Positions 40,476 through 53,946 of a stretch of DNA of 64,000 nt are shown in pieces. Position 1 is the stretch's first letter. Every line of letters starts with the position of its first letter. Both the position numbers and the translations under genes were made by a program. Source of the stretch: Heterodontus francisci (Eukaryota); contig NC_090393.1 in the NCBI RefSeq assembly GCF_036365525.1, positions 14,232,201-14,296,200 on the forward strand. Reading direction: 5' to 3'. A model generated the notes under the pieces. The model had not been told where the DNA came from. It ran no database searches and saw only the letters and a program-made list of their open reading frames with translations.

Positions 40476-41075
40476 TAGAGTCATAGAAACAGGCCCTTCG
40501 GCCCACCGCGTCCATGCCGACCATAATGCCTATCTATACTAACCCCACCTGCCTGCATTAATTCCATATCCCTCTATGCCTTGCTCATTCAAGTACCTGT
40601 CCAGATGCCTCTTAAATGTTGCTACTGTTCCTGCCTCCACCACCTCCTCTGGCAGCTCATTCCAGATACCCACTATTCTTTGTGTGAAAAATTTACCCCT
40701 TTGATCCCCTTTAAACCTCCTCCCTCTCACCTTAAATCTATGCCCTCTAGTTTTAGTCACCCCTACCATGGGAAACAGACTCTGGCTATCTACGCCTCTC
40801 ATAACTTTATATACCTCTATCATGTCCCCTCTCATCCTCCTTCGCTCACAGACCCAGCCTATCCAATCTGTCTTTATAACTCAAGCCCTCCAAACCAGGC
40901 AACGTCCTTGTGAATCTTTTCTGCACCATCTCTAGCTTAATCACATCTTTCCTGTAGTGCGGCGACCAGAACTGCACATAGTACTCCAAATACGGCCTAA
41001 CCAATGTTATGTACAACTGTAACATGACGTCTCAACTCTTGTACTCAATGCTTCGGCCCATGAAAGCAAGCATGT
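40476..41075 (-). mobile_element. CR1 3' fragment, lying within an older plus-strand CR1 endonuclease remnant (~40170-40475, resuming ~41825-42200)
   Basis: ORF 40539..40835 RGDMIEVYK..TRGHRFKV. The host reads ..AVLDL then LGNEAGQVEGISVGEH..SDHNSVRF. Confidence 0.75.
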
Positions 41076-41950
41076 CAAGTATGGAGTGTAAACTGACAGG
41101 GCTCTAATACTTAGTAAGTAATGATGCATTACAATGCCAACGTGTCATACTTGGTTGGCTGCATTCCAGTTGAATGTCACCAATAGGTTAGAAAGGAAAA
41201 GAAGATTACACCTCTCATTTCCCATTGACACTTTCCCGAACTAGCTTGGCATGTACCTGGGAAAGATGGGATGAGGCCAGGCAGTGTAAGTCAACACTCT
41301 AATTTCCTTTCCTACTCATGCCCTCATATCCCAAAATTCTTTAACTTGCTTTTCAACAAATATAGGTAATTTTTAAATTTAATTTCAAGCCTGTTCAGTT
41401 TATGTTAACGTGAAGCATTCATGTTGATTCTGAACAGGTTTGCATCTGCACTAGTGAATAAGGAAATGGGGGTTGAGGGGGCGGGGAGGGGGTGGTGCAG
41501 GGGTGGGCAGCAGTGGAACTGGTCATCTGTTCACATGAAAATTCAGGCTGTTATAAATTTAGAACGACCTGCCAAAATGAATTGGCTGGGGAAGGGCTGA
41601 ATACAGGTTGCTAAGTACAATGCAGAATACACACTGAAGTGGGCTGGGCTCTTCAAACCAATTGGAACACCCCAATGAAAATAAAGAATGACTTAGCCCT
41701 TACAAATAACATAACTAGTTTGCAAGTACTGAGGGGATCAGGGTTCTGTAAATTGCATATAAAAGTAGACTATTTAAAACTCTTTGTACTACAATCTATT
41801 AAATTATGCATTCAGCAACTCCATCTAGGAAATGAAGCTGGGCAGGTGGAGGGGATATCAGTGGGAGAGCATTGGTTGTAGTGATCATAATTCAGTTAGA
41901 TTTTGTGTAGATATTGAAAAGGACAAAGATAGTCCAGGAGTAAAAGTTTC

Positions 41951-42152
41951 AAATAAAAACAGAATATGCTGGAAATACTCAGCAGGTCTGGCAGCATCTG
42001 TGGAGAGGGAAGCAGAGTTAACATTTCAGGTCTGTGACCCTTCATCAGAGTTCTGAAACCCCTTTCTTCGCTACAGATTCTGCCAGACCCTGCTGAGTAT
42101 TTCCACTGTTTTCTGTTTTTATTTCAGATTTCCAGCATCCAGTGTTTTGCTT
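41951..42152. mobile_element. Inverted pair of Penelope-type terminal repeats (non-autonomous), with a hammerhead-like motif at 42015-42053 (-)
   Basis: AAATAAAAACAGAATATGCTGGAAATACTCAGCAGGTCTGGCAG... followed by its reverse complement CTGCCAGACCCTGCTGAGTATTTCC..TCTGTTTTTATTT. Minus strand reads CTGATGA A GGGTC-ACA-GACCT GAA ATGT T. Confidence 0.75.
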
Positions 42153-42199
42153 TGGAAGAAGTTTTAAATTAGGGAAAAGCTAATTTTACTAAGCTAATT

Positions 42200-43430
42200 C
42201 TCAACTACATGCTGCCTTTCAGCAACATCCAAAAACACATCAGATTCCACATTTATGCTGATGGCACGCAGCTATCTCTCACCACCATCTTGATCCCTTC
42301 ACTGTCACACATCCAACATCCAGTACCAGATGAGCAGAAATTTCCTCCAACTAAATATTGGGAAGACTGAAGCCATTGTCTTTGGTCCCCACCACAAACT
42401 CCATTTCCAAACCACCATTTCCATCCCTCTCTCTGGTAACTGTCATTAGCTGAGCCAGACCTTTGTAACTTGGGTGGTGTATGTGACCCCGAGATGAGCT
42501 CATATCCACTCCATTACCAAGACTTCCTGCTTCCAGCTCCATAACATTGCTCAACTCCAACTCTGCCTCAGAACGTCTGCTGCTCCTCCTCATCCATGCC
42601 TTTGATAGCTATAGACTTAATTATGCAATGCTCTCCTGGGCAGTCTCCCATCTTCCACTTTACATAAACTTATGCTCATCCAAAACTGGTGCCCGTATCT
42701 TAACTCACACCAAAACTTGTTCACTCATCACTCTTGTGTGTGCTGACCTACATTGGCTCTGGGTTCAACAATGCCTCAACTTAAGAATCCTCATCCTTGT
42801 TTGAAACACCTTCCATGGCCTCATCCCTTCCTATCTTTGTAACCTCCTCCAGGCCAACAACCCTCTGGGATCTCTGCGATCCTCCAAATCTGGCATCTTA
42901 CTCATCCTTGATTTTAATCACTCTACCATTAGCGGCTATGCTTTCTGTAATGAGTTATTTTATGTTGTCTGATGCAACATAAATGAGATGCATGGAATCC
43001 AGTTGGTTGAAGATCTCAAACAGGTTTGTTTACAGCTAAACTATTATATACCATACAGAGTTAACTATTTACAGAAACTTACTCTGTATTACAATTGCAG
43101 AGTGTCTCTGGCTCTGAGTCACATGACTGCATCCTGGTACATAGCTTATTAGCATACTAAGATCTTAAAAGGGACATCACTCTTAAAGGCAATCATGCAA
43201 CACTTTCAGTTGGCTTGGCCCCAAGTTCTGGAATTCTCTCTCTAAACCTCCTTGCATTTTTCTCCTCCTTTAAGATGCTGCTTAAAATGTACCTCTTTGA
43301 CTAAGAGTTCTGTCATCTGTCCTGATACCTCTTTCTGTGGATCAGTATCAAAACCTTTTATTGATAACACTCAAGTATCTTGGGACATTTTGCTACATTA
43401 AAAGGTGCTATATAAAAGCAAGCAGTTGTT
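42200..43430 (+). mobile_element. L2 LINE 3' fragment
   Basis: FHIYADGTQL, LQLNIGKTE and LHWLWV motifs; L2-type 3' end GGTGCTATATAAAAGCAAG. Confidence 0.75.
42946..43202. mobile_element. Short solo LTR (257 bp) inside the L2 fragment
   Basis: TG...CA termini with exact 5-bp TSD CTTTC at 42941-42945 and 43203-43207. Confidence 0.75.
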
Positions 43431-44019
43431 TCATTGCTCTCTTTTTGGGTCTGCAAGTTTGAGTGTAATTTCAGGACCATAAATCACGCCACTGACAGGG
43501 TCTTTGTGACATGAATTACCAGCCCTAATGGCTCTGACAGACTAGTTGGAATTTACAGTGTAAATCGACCAATTTCTTGACACTCAATGTTGTCAACGGA
43601 TGGTTGATAGTAAGCCCTTACTTTTGAGAAGCTAATGGTGCAAATCATCCAGCAACTTGCAATTCATGGTACATCTCTTCCTTGCCTCAAATTGCTAGGT
43701 TTTTGTTTACACACATATAATGGTGGATTTCATGAACTTGCCATTATTTTTTCCAGTAATTTCTGGGCCAATATAAATTCTGAATTGAAAAGCCACAGTA
43801 AGTTTATTTTATTGACTAACCACTTGTTGAAAAGTCAAACTGAGAGTTGGATGCCACAAACTAGTTTGACAGGATAAGCTGGTTAAACAGTAAAACATCA
43901 ACAAGGCACAACAATTTTAAAGTTTGATCTCTTACAGGTCCTGAATTTAAAAATAACCTCTAGGACTCCAGACACAGTCAAGGTGAAAGAACTATAACAT
44001 GTGCTCAGAGATATGGACT

Positions 44020-45125
44020 TTGAAAAGGCCCTTGACAAGGTACCGCATGGTAGACTCATGAATAAGATCAGAGCAATTGGAATCAGGGGACACATTGCAG
44101 AATGGATAGCAAACTGGGTATAAAACAGAAAATAGGGATTAAAGATAATTACTCAGGCTGCAGAAGGTGGGAAGTGATGTTCCATAGGGATTGGTGCTGG
44201 GACCACTGTTGTTCACAAATGTACACAAATGATTTGGACTTGGAATCAGAACCATTTGAAAATTTGCAGATGACACCAAATTGGTGGGAGGGAAACTGAT
44301 AACAACTGTGACCAAAATACAAGTCATTAATAAATTTGCAGAATGGGTGTGTAAATTGCAAATGATTTTAAATATAGATAATTGAGAGGTAGTGGAATTT
44401 GGTTGGAAAAATGAGAAGGTTAGTCACCCCTTGGAAAATAAGAGTCTAAATAGAGTAGAAATACAAAGATCTAGGGATACAGATTCACCAATTAAAAGTA
44501 AAAGGTTAACAAAGCCATAAAGATACATACTGGGATTAATTTCTAGAGGAAGAGAATTCAAAAGCAGAGAAGTTATGTTAAATTACATAGAACCTTGTAG
44601 ACTACTGTTCACAGTTTTGGTCTCCATATTACAAAAAGGGTAAAGAAGCATTGGAAAAAGTGCAAAAGGGATTTACAAGGATAATACCAGAACTGACAGA
44701 TCAGAATTATTAGGAAAGACTGAACAGACTGGGGCTGTTTTCTCAAAAGAAAGACTAACAGGTGACCTAATAGAGAGCTTTAAAATGATAATTTCAATAG
44801 GGTAGATGTAGAATAGATGTTTCTACGTGTGTGTGTGTCTGTGTGTTGGCGGGTGGGGGCATCCAAAGCTAGGGCCATAAATGTCAGGTAGTCACTACAA
44901 AATTAATTGAGGAATTTAAGAGAACATGGAACCCACAACCTTGTGGAGTGGTTGAGACAAATAGCATAGATGCATAATAATGAATCTAGATTAGTTCATG
45001 AAGGAGAAAGGAATAGAAGGATATGTTGATAGAGTCAGGTTAAGTAAGATGGGAGGCTTGTGTGTAGCGTAAACACCTGTACGGGCACATTGGGCTAAAT
45101 GGCCTGATTCTGTGCTGTAAGTTCT
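44020..45125 (+). mobile_element. Old CR1 RT/3' fragment
   Basis: DFEKALDKVPH and KFADDTK remnants plus 3' UTR. Confidence 0.75.
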
Positions 45126-45898
45126 ATGTCAATTCATAGTATCCATTCACCCCTTCAAAATGTAAACAATTTTAATGACACCTTCATGAAGCCATTGTAC
45201 ATTTTGATTGTGTGGTGGTTATGGGAGCAGTATGTTAATACATTAAAGATTTTATGCTTTCCTGACTATCTGGGATACACTCACTGGAATAACATACGAG
45301 AGATCATCTTGAAATTATAACTTGGAAATTTACTTGAGTTTCTTGAGGTTAAAATAAGATGACAAAGTTCTTGAGTGGAAGACATCACCGATGATGGAAG
45401 GTAGCCAGATAGGGTACAAGCATCACTGACAATCTCTTGGAGTTTGCTCGAGTGCCTGCAGCAGCTGGTGAATAATTTCCCAGAATATATTTCTCTAAAA
45501 TCAGTTGAAGGATTTTTTTGCTATTCTCAGAAGACTGCAAGGCTGTGGAAGCTAGGGTCAGGGTGTGTGGGGTGAGAAGAAATAGCTTTAATGGAGGGGG
45601 CAGGATCATTGGACCAGCTGATCTTTTCAACTTGCATAAAGCACAGAATTTTGTTTTTCTTCTGGTTGTGTAGTAACAATGTGGGGTGCAACCCCTACAA
45701 GGCTCAGCAGCAGCGCTCTCTCAAGAATCAGAAGGCCCTGTATTCAAGCCCCAGTCCAGTGACTCCAGCACATAATTTAGACCACCACTTCAATGTCAAA
45801 ATTATGGGACTGCCGCACTTTCAGAGTTGCTGCTTTTCAGCCGAGATGTTAAACTGAAGTGCCTTTCAAATGGTGCAAGATCCCATGGCGATATATTT

Positions 45899-46236
45899 TT
45901 AGATTAGATTAGAGATACAGCACTGAAACAGGCCCTTCGGCCCACCGAGTCTGTGCCGAACATCAACCACCCATTTATACTAATCCTACACTAATCCCAT
46001 ATTCCTACCAAACATCCCCACCTGTCCCTATATTTCCCTACCACCTACCTGTACTAGTGACAATTTATAATGGACAATTTACCTATCAACCTGCAAGTCT
46101 TTTGGCTTGTGGGAGGAAACCGGAGCACCCGGAGAAAACCCACGCAGACACAGGGAGAACTTGCAAACTCCACACAGGCAGTACCCGGAATCGAACCCGG
46201 GTCCCTGGAGCTGTGAGGCTGCGGTGCTAACCACTG
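45899..46236 (-). mobile_element. HE1-type SINE (young), inserted in a DeuSINE-like remnant
   Basis: Near-identical to 28093-28444, including the (TAATC)n tail. Confidence 0.88.
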
Positions 46237-46926
46237 AAGGAAATGACATCTCGTAATTGTCCTGGCCAACAGTGAACTCTCAACTAATTACTGAAATAAC
46301 TGGTCGCTTACTTCATTGCTGTTTGCACGACCTTGCTGTATGCACATTGAAAGGTCATCCATCTGAACCATTATTGCTGTTTCTCTCACAGATGCTGTCA
46401 GTCCTGCTGAGTATTTCCAGCATTTTCTGTTTTTACATCAAAAGTACTTTATTGGCCATCAACATCCTATATAAATGCAAGTTCATCTAAGCCAACCACT
46501 TACTAAAAATGCGCCAGATAAAATACTGAGCTTATCTGTTGGTCCTTAACTAACTAAAGGAGCTTTAAAATTAGTATACTAGTGTGGTGAAGCTCAATGT
46601 GTAAAAGGTACTCAGTCCCTAATTTCAGCCAGTACCAGAGGCCGGATGTTATTTTAATCTATTCTCACATACCTCTCCACTTGGCTGTGTCACACTCATA
46701 TGCTACAAACTTGTGAAATATAAATTGAACTTACGAAATAATCAAGAAATGGACACTTTTCCTGTAAAAGAAAATTAAGAGGTCAGGTGTCCTTTCCTGC
46801 CAATACACACAGAACAAGAACCCTGAGCTAATCTTCATGTGTGAACAAGTCTTGGCAAAGTCACTAAGATACAGATGAGTGTTTCAATAATGGCTGCATC
46901 TCCAACAAATTGGGTTAACAATACTG

Positions 46927-47706
46927 TGGCAGCCGCGTTGACTCCCAGTTTGAATTCCAGAGAATGGATGTAAAAAGCTCTACTTTATCAGGATGGGATG
47001 TGATTGAGTGACACCCAAATTCCATTGCCTGACAATGGCGTAACCATCAAAAACGATTTATGAATTCAATGGAAGAGAAACTCTGCTCACGTTACAGAAA
47101 TCAGGTTTCTGATTAGGAGTTTTAAGATGGATATATTCTGGGCAGAGAGAAAGATCCATCTATGTCATTGAAGAGAAAGGACCCTGCCTAAGATTACCAG
47201 CTTTGAATAACATGTAGGCAGCGACTGGAGTTGGCCTTGAACACCCTACCTGAGAAATTGTATCAGGACCTCACCATTGACCTTTGATTGGAATAGAACA
47301 AGAGCAGTCAGCAACGGCGCAGCCACCTTTCTAAACCTCCCAAGTCTTTCTTCAGTGAACAAGGAAAAAGATTATAGGCTTGCATTGTTTCAAGTCTCCA
47401 CCCCAGGGAAAAGCAAGTTTAACAGAACGCTTTACAAATCAAACCTAACACGTTATCTTTATAATCTGTATCTTTTCTTGAGTGCGTGTGTGTGTATCCG
47501 TATGAAAGAGAGTGGGTGTTGCAAATATTTCAGGTGCTGTATAAATGAACATTTATTTTTTCTTAAACTTACAAGAAATCCTGCCATCTGTTCTTGATAA
47601 TCAAAGCACTCGGGAGTCAAAAAAAACCTTTAAAAAAAAAGTCTTCAGTCAGTTGAGAAGTGAATAAGAGGGAACCATCCTGATCATCTCTCACCTGTCC
47701 ATAACA
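46927..47706 (+). mobile_element. Possible solo LTR
   Basis: TG...ATAACA termini with ACTG on both sides (46923-46926, 47707-47710); LTR-like composition. A 4-bp match is weak evidence. Confidence 0.4.
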
Positions 47707-48600
47707 ACTGGCTGAAAGTAGCTTTGCAAAGACGTGATACACAGTCACTCACCCTTCCGCAAATGTAACAGGTTACACAAGGGGGAATTAGGGTGAAAAA
47801 ATAAAAATGTGGACTCATACACAAGATTGAAATATCTACCCAACAAGTCTGAACAAAGGACCAGTAACAGTGAAATAGCTACAGGTTACAGATTACTTTT
47901 GCCAGTAGAAGTTTCTACCAAACATCATTACTTGGAACTCTATCCCTTGTATGATCGAGTTCAAATACAGAATCAATCAATCAATGGGAATTTAATTTAT
48001 TGGAAGTTTTTGGCTTTTTCCTATGGTATCCAAGCACAAGTTCTCTGGGGAACTACCAGGATAGGTTTGATGATGCCTGACCTGGATTTGTTATTTTTGC
48101 TTGTCTGGTGATAATACATTTAAAAAACTGCAAATTAAGAGTCACCCAGCAATACATGACTGTTGCACCATGAATGGCAACTCCTGAAAGCTGATGAGAT
48201 ACACACCCATTTCCCCATCCCCAGAGAGCATTTACAGAAGTGAATGTGGATATTATATTTCAGGTGTTACAGGAAGAATACCTGTGATTTGAATACTTAG
48301 TTCTCAAAACAAGGTAGTGAAATACTGCTTTAAAATCTCGAGTATCAAGTCATATTACTCATACTCTACAAATCTGAGTGCTTTGACTTATATTTTTGGC
48401 TATTTTTCAAAAACCCTCCAAAATTAATGATAAACAGCAAATTGGACACCATTTCCAACTGTCTCTCAATTCTACTTGAAAGTATTACTATGCATACTAA
48501 ATTACCCAGTCATAAAATGCAGTTATAAAGCACACTTACTGAATAAATGAATAAAGATGGCGAAGGACAAGAATGATTTTAAATAGAATTTAAAAATAGT

Positions 48601-48606
48601 TTTATT
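48601..48606 (-). other. Candidate DGCR6 polyadenylation signal
   Basis: tttatt (AATAAA on the minus strand) about 1 kb downstream of the DGCR6 stop, in AT-rich non-repeat sequence. Confidence 0.4.
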
Positions 48607-49642
48607 CAATGGTGTGAAAAACATGTGACTTGAATTATTGAAAAATTACAAGAATCATATACAGACATAAAACAAACCAACTTAAAATAAACAGATATGC
48701 TGACATGCTTTCTGAATTTAAACTGTGAAGGATAAGGAGTGTGGTAGCTCACTTGTAAGGTAGCCAAAAGTCTGATTTGCCTGATTATTTTACCTCATCT
48801 GCTCCCTACTTTACAAGTCATTTTCTAGATTTATAAATTAACTGTTCGTGATATCACAGAAGTTATTTCCAACAAAAAGCTAAAGATTACCATCCACAAA
48901 AAACAGCGAATGTAACACTGAGTTATACATCTGAGATTTTTAACAACGATTACACAATTTCTCAGTGAACCCACAACAGTAACAAAAATAATCCCCTGGA
49001 AATGGCAATTAGAACTTTCACTCAAGTGTTTCATTCTCTTGCTCTTATCTTCAGCACAAAGATTCCCTGGTTATATCATCACATAATGCTTGGCTTTGTA
49101 CTTTCATTTACAAATACTCTTGGTTAATTTTCATGACAAAAAAGAGACAGCACAAAGCATGTTCTTTAGTCAAAAAGGCTCTTGACACCAGTGTCACAGT
49201 CTTGTCAATCATCTTCAAGGATAAGTAATGTAACTTTTCAAAAAGTCCTGGAAATGTAAGTTGAACTTCCCCCTTTTTAAGAATCTATTCGAGTCAAAGA
49301 GGGAGCAAATGAAACACCTATGCAACTTCCAGCATTTGAAGCAAACTGTAGAACAGGGAAAACAGTAATCTGTTTTATGGTCCAGTTTTCACAGTGCACA
49401 TAGTGTTAGATGTCATATAGTTGTACATTATCTAAGTTGAGTATACAAGAATCTCATTGCTTAGCCAACCACAAGGAGTGTCAGGACTTCCTGCACAAAT
49501 AACATTTGACAAACCAGCATGGCGAATACTTAAGAATTTTAGTTTGGCCATTTCAAATTCAGTGGCTTCTGGAAATTTCCTAGATAACTTAGACCACTTC
49601 TTCTGCATGTTCTCTGAATCAGACCCACTGACAACTGCTGCA

Positions 49643-49720
49643 TCAGCAGCTCCCTGACTCAGATACTTTCTGTTGCATTTTCAAGATCAGTTCCAGCAAA
49701 TTCATCTGTAAAGTCAGTTC
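49643..49720 (-). CDS. DGCR6: DGCR6 last coding exon
   Basis: CTTTATCTTGCAG|GAA CTG ACT ... TGC TGA; encodes ELTLQMNLLELILKMQQKVSESGSC*. Confidence 0.9.
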   Translation of the reverse strand, partial: ELTLQMNLLELILKMQQKVSESGSC

Positions 49721-50049
49721 CTGCAAGATAAAGGGTAATGAAACCGTTTAAAACTTGGATCACTGAAAGTTTCCCTAAACACTCAAGGGCACAATTTCCT
49801 GTCCATGATAAAGGGTTACAATTTTCAGAAACTTGGGGCATGATAAGGTTTGCAGTCGGGGTGAGCTTCCAGAGCAATGTTTTTTAAAACCAGTGTAAAA
49901 GATCGCGGAAACTATCTGCACTGGACTTAACCTGTGCTTGAAATTCCTCAGGTCTTTTGCACTGACTTGACCGATTTCAGGTGACTTGCACTAAAACCAA
50001 AACTAATTTGGGATTTCTTAACACTGATGCGGTGTGGAAAATTTAGTAA

Positions 50050-52285
50050 ATTAACAAAAGTAGTTAGTGAACCAGATCAAATTCAATATAAATAAGTGTA
50101 CGGTGGTATATTTGTGTAGGAAGAATAAGGCGGCCAAGTACTCTTTGGAAAATTAGTACCTAAATTGGGTAGAGGAACAGAGGCATTTGGGGATACAGTT
50201 ATACAAATCACTAAAATAGCAACAGGTTAATAAGGTCAAGAGAAGTAAACAAAAGTACTGTGGTTAATTTCTACAGGGATAGAATTGAAAAGCACAGAAG
50301 TTATGTTAAACTTGTATAGAACCTTGGTTAGACCACACGGAATACTCGCAACACTTCTGGTCTCCATATTATAAAAAGGATATACAGAGGCACTACAGAT
50401 GGCGTAAAAAATCTTTACTAAAATGATATCAGAACGGAGAGGTTGCACCCATCAGAAAGATCGAACAGACTGGGGCTCTTTTCCTTAGAAAAGGAGGATA
50501 CCGAAAGGTGACCTGACACTTGTCCCAAAGATTATGAAAGGATTTGATAAATATAAACAGAGAAGATGTTCCCACTTGCAGGTGAGACCAATGCCATAGG
50601 GAATTCAGGAGACATTTCTTTAGTGGTTACAATGTGGATTCTGTTACCACAGGAGTTGTTGAGACGAATAGCATAGATGCATTTAAGAGGAAAATGGATA
50701 AACATGAGGGAGAAAGGAATAGAAGGAAATGTGAATGGGATTAAATGGAGTGGCAGGAGGCAGCTCATGTGCAGCATAAACACTGACACAGACTTGTTGG
50801 ATTGAATGGCCTGTTTGTGCTATAAATACTATGCAATGACTATGATTCTAATCTAGAAGATTGACCTCTTTCTGTGCTGCTCTTTCAGCCAATCTAGTCC
50901 ATGCCTGCTATTTCCAACAGCAACCTGGTCCCATTCCCTGGCTCTTTCCCGATATCCCTGCAATTTTTTCTTCAAGCATTTATCCAATTTCCTTTTGAAA
51001 GACTATGAACAAATGCATGACTTGACAGAACTTAACCATATCTCCCTTTACCTTCAGTTCAAATTTAGGATGGAAGCTTATACCTCAAGTCTTCCAACTG
51101 GAACAGATCGCAAGTGCTGATTCCTGACACCCAATGTTGCAAGCTGCCATTCATCTATTGGCTTTTGACAAGGTGCCAATAAAAGGTTATTGTTTAAAGT
51201 AGGAGCTCATGGTGTAGGGGGCAACATATTAGCATAGATAGAAGATTGGCTGGCTGGCAAAAAAACAAAGTATGCCTAAATGAGTCCTTTTCTGATTGGC
51301 AGGATGTGACGAGTGGAGTCCCACAGGGGTCTGTGCTGGGGCCTCAACTTTTTACAATTTATATCAATGAATTAGATGAGGGAAGTTATGGCATGGTAGC
51401 TTAATTTGATGATACAAAGATAGGTAGGAAAGTATGTTGTGAAGAGGACACAAAGAGGTTGCAGACTGATATAGATAGGTTGAGCGAGTGGGCAAAAACC
51501 TGCCAGATGGAGTATAATGTGGGAAAATGTGAAGTTGCTCACTTTGGCAAGAAGAATTGAAAAAAAAAGCAGAGTATTACTTAAACGGAGAATGACTGCA
51601 GAATTCCGAGGTGCAGAAGGATCTAGGTGTTCTAGTGCATGAGTCACAAAAAGGTAGTATACAGATACAGCAAGTAATCAAAAAAGCTAATGGAATGCTA
51701 TCCTTTATTAAAAGAGGAATTGGAAATAAACAAAGGATGTTATGCTTCGTTTTAGGGGGCATTGGTGAGACCAGTTCTCCAATACTCTGCAGTTTTGGTC
51801 TCCTTATTTAAGGAAAAATGTAAATGCGTTGGAGGCGTTTACTAGATTGATATCTGGTATGAGTGGATTGTCTCATGAGGAAAGGCTGGACAGACTGGGC
51901 TTGTTTTCACTGGAGTTTAGAAGAGTGAGGGGAGACTTGATTAAAGTATAGAAGATCCTGAACTGTCTTGACAAGGTGGATGTGGAAAGGATGTTTCCTC
52001 TTATGGGGGAGTCCAGAACTAGGGGGCACCATTTTAAAATTAGGCGCCACCCTTTTAGGAGGGGGATGAGAAATTTTTTTTGAGGGTTGTGCGACTTTGG
52101 AACACTGCCTCAGAAGGTGGCGGAGGCGGGGTCATTGAATATTTTTAAAGGTGGAGGTAGATCGATTCTGGTTAGGCAAGGGAATCAAAGGTTATTGGGG
52201 GTAGATGGGAGTGCGGAATTCAAGACACACACAGATCAGCCATGATCTTATTGAATGGCCGACTTCTGCTCATAATTCGTATGGC
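50050..52285 (+). mobile_element. CR1 fragments in the last DGCR6 intron (~50050-50820 and ~51160-52285)
   Basis: [36 protein letters not shown] and 3' UTR. Confidence 0.8.
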
Positions 52286-52999
52286 CTGATTGCAGCAGGT
52301 TGGTACCCTGTAACATTAGCCTGAATGTTGAGGGGCCACTTGGCCACAGGGAAGCATCCTAGCTAAGCCTAGATTCTCTCTGCATCCAGCAAAGGTCACG
52401 CAATAGCAAGAAAGAGTGCAAACCACAGTATATTTTCTTCCTTTCTAACTGAGGGGCAATGGGACCAATTGAAATATTGCTGCTGCCATCAGCTCGCTCA
52501 GCAGAATGGTATAAAACCTGGGACCTTTCAGCTCCATATAGCTCAACCATTCACTGCATAGGGTAAACTCACTGCCAATAGGCAAGTAGAGGTAACATTG
52601 ATAATTCTGCTTTAGAAATTCAAAGAACATGACTATCATACAGGCACACATATACACCAGCGGATTTATTATAATATGGCGCAGCGAGTCTATGGATATG
52701 CAGTTTTGTAACATACACCCATCAAGCCCTGATTGCAAGCCTCCTTTAGTTCTCTCAGCAGATCCTGCTTTTGTTTTAAGAGTCCTCCCCCACCCCGTCT
52801 TCAGCTATTACCCGATATGCAAGCAAGCAATACCTGTATACTGCTGCTGGTCATAACTCAAGAGATTGGAGCTGAGCCTTAATCAGGTTTAGAAGTTTAA
52901 TGGCGATTGTATCTCAAGGTTTTTTTTAAAATTGTAAAATGCAGCTGGCAAGCAATGAACCAATCAGAAAGAAAAGTGACTGACACAAAAAAGGTCCAC

Positions 53000-53140
53000 C
53001 TGAGGGTTTGTAGTAATGTAAAATCCTGGAACACCAGCTTTCTCCAGGGTGTTCTGTTGGTCGATCACTTTCTGATCCAGCTCCAAGACTATCTTCTCAT
53101 CCATCATCTTTTGCTCATCCTTAACTCTCTGCTCTAAGGC
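53000..53140 (-). CDS. DGCR6: DGCR6 coding exon 4 (141 nt)
   Basis: TTTTTCTAG|GCC ... CCT CAG|GTGGAC. Encodes [47 protein letters not shown], the DGCR6/gonadal signature (QQ.TLEKAGV.GFY.T.NP). Confidence 0.94.
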
Positions 53141-53845
53141 CTAGAAAAAAAAAATTACAGCTTCAGACTGGTAAAGTTAAGGAAAGGAGAAAAGAAAATC
53201 ACTGACTCTCTCCTAAATTTACACAGATGACAATGGAAGATGTTTTTTCAAGATACAAGTCCTGTCAGGTCATGCTTTTGTTCATACAACCTCAGCAGTC
53301 ATGGATGGGAAAAGTTACATTTGCCTATTTCCCTGGTGTCTTGCAATGGTCAGACTCCCTGTCAGCACTGGTACAGGTTTTAAGTCCTTGACAGCCTGGA
53401 GACAACTCTCTGCTCACGCCCACTTGAAATCTAAGTATCTGGTTATAAGTGGCCAAATTTGAACAATTGGGATATATTCAATACAATGATTTAGGAATAA
53501 GCATTTAAACTGTATTAAAAATGAAAACAAAAATATAGTGACATTTTCCAGTGCAATGACACATGTCAGGGAGCATTGATAAACTGATTTATGCCATCAT
53601 CTGAACAAATATTGTCACCACCTTGTAACCCTCACCCTGAATCTTTTATGTATATTACCTTAAAGTTACCATTTTACATAGACATACCATTCCACCAAGG
53701 TCATGTACAGAAAAGGAATACGACTTATGAATTAAAAAAGCAAATCCCTGGAAACTACTTTGTACTGCACTAAAGCATGAGATAATCAGAAAGGCTTGGT
53801 GGAAAGATTAAAGCCATCGTGAAAGCAGCTTAACTTGACTCTTAC

Positions 53846-53946
53846 CTCAAGCTCCCTTTGCTGTGCTGCTCGGAGCACTGCTAGGTTGTGGGTCTTGCAG
53901 CTCTGTAGTGCCTCCTTGTGTTTTCTCAGCAGCTCCTGTTTTAGGG
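53846..53946 (-). CDS. DGCR6: DGCR6 coding exon 3 (101 nt)
   Basis: TTTCCCTCAAG|CC ... CTT GAG|GTAAG; encodes (A)[33 protein letters not shown]. Confidence 0.92.

Noticed and set aside
49619-49651. DGCR6 ends ...AGC TGC TGA TGC (C-stop-C), resembling a selenocysteine or readthrough context
   Set aside because: The stop falls just after the conserved DGCR6 domain, another TGA follows 8 codons later, DGCR6 is not a known selenoprotein, and I could not identify a SECIS by eye.
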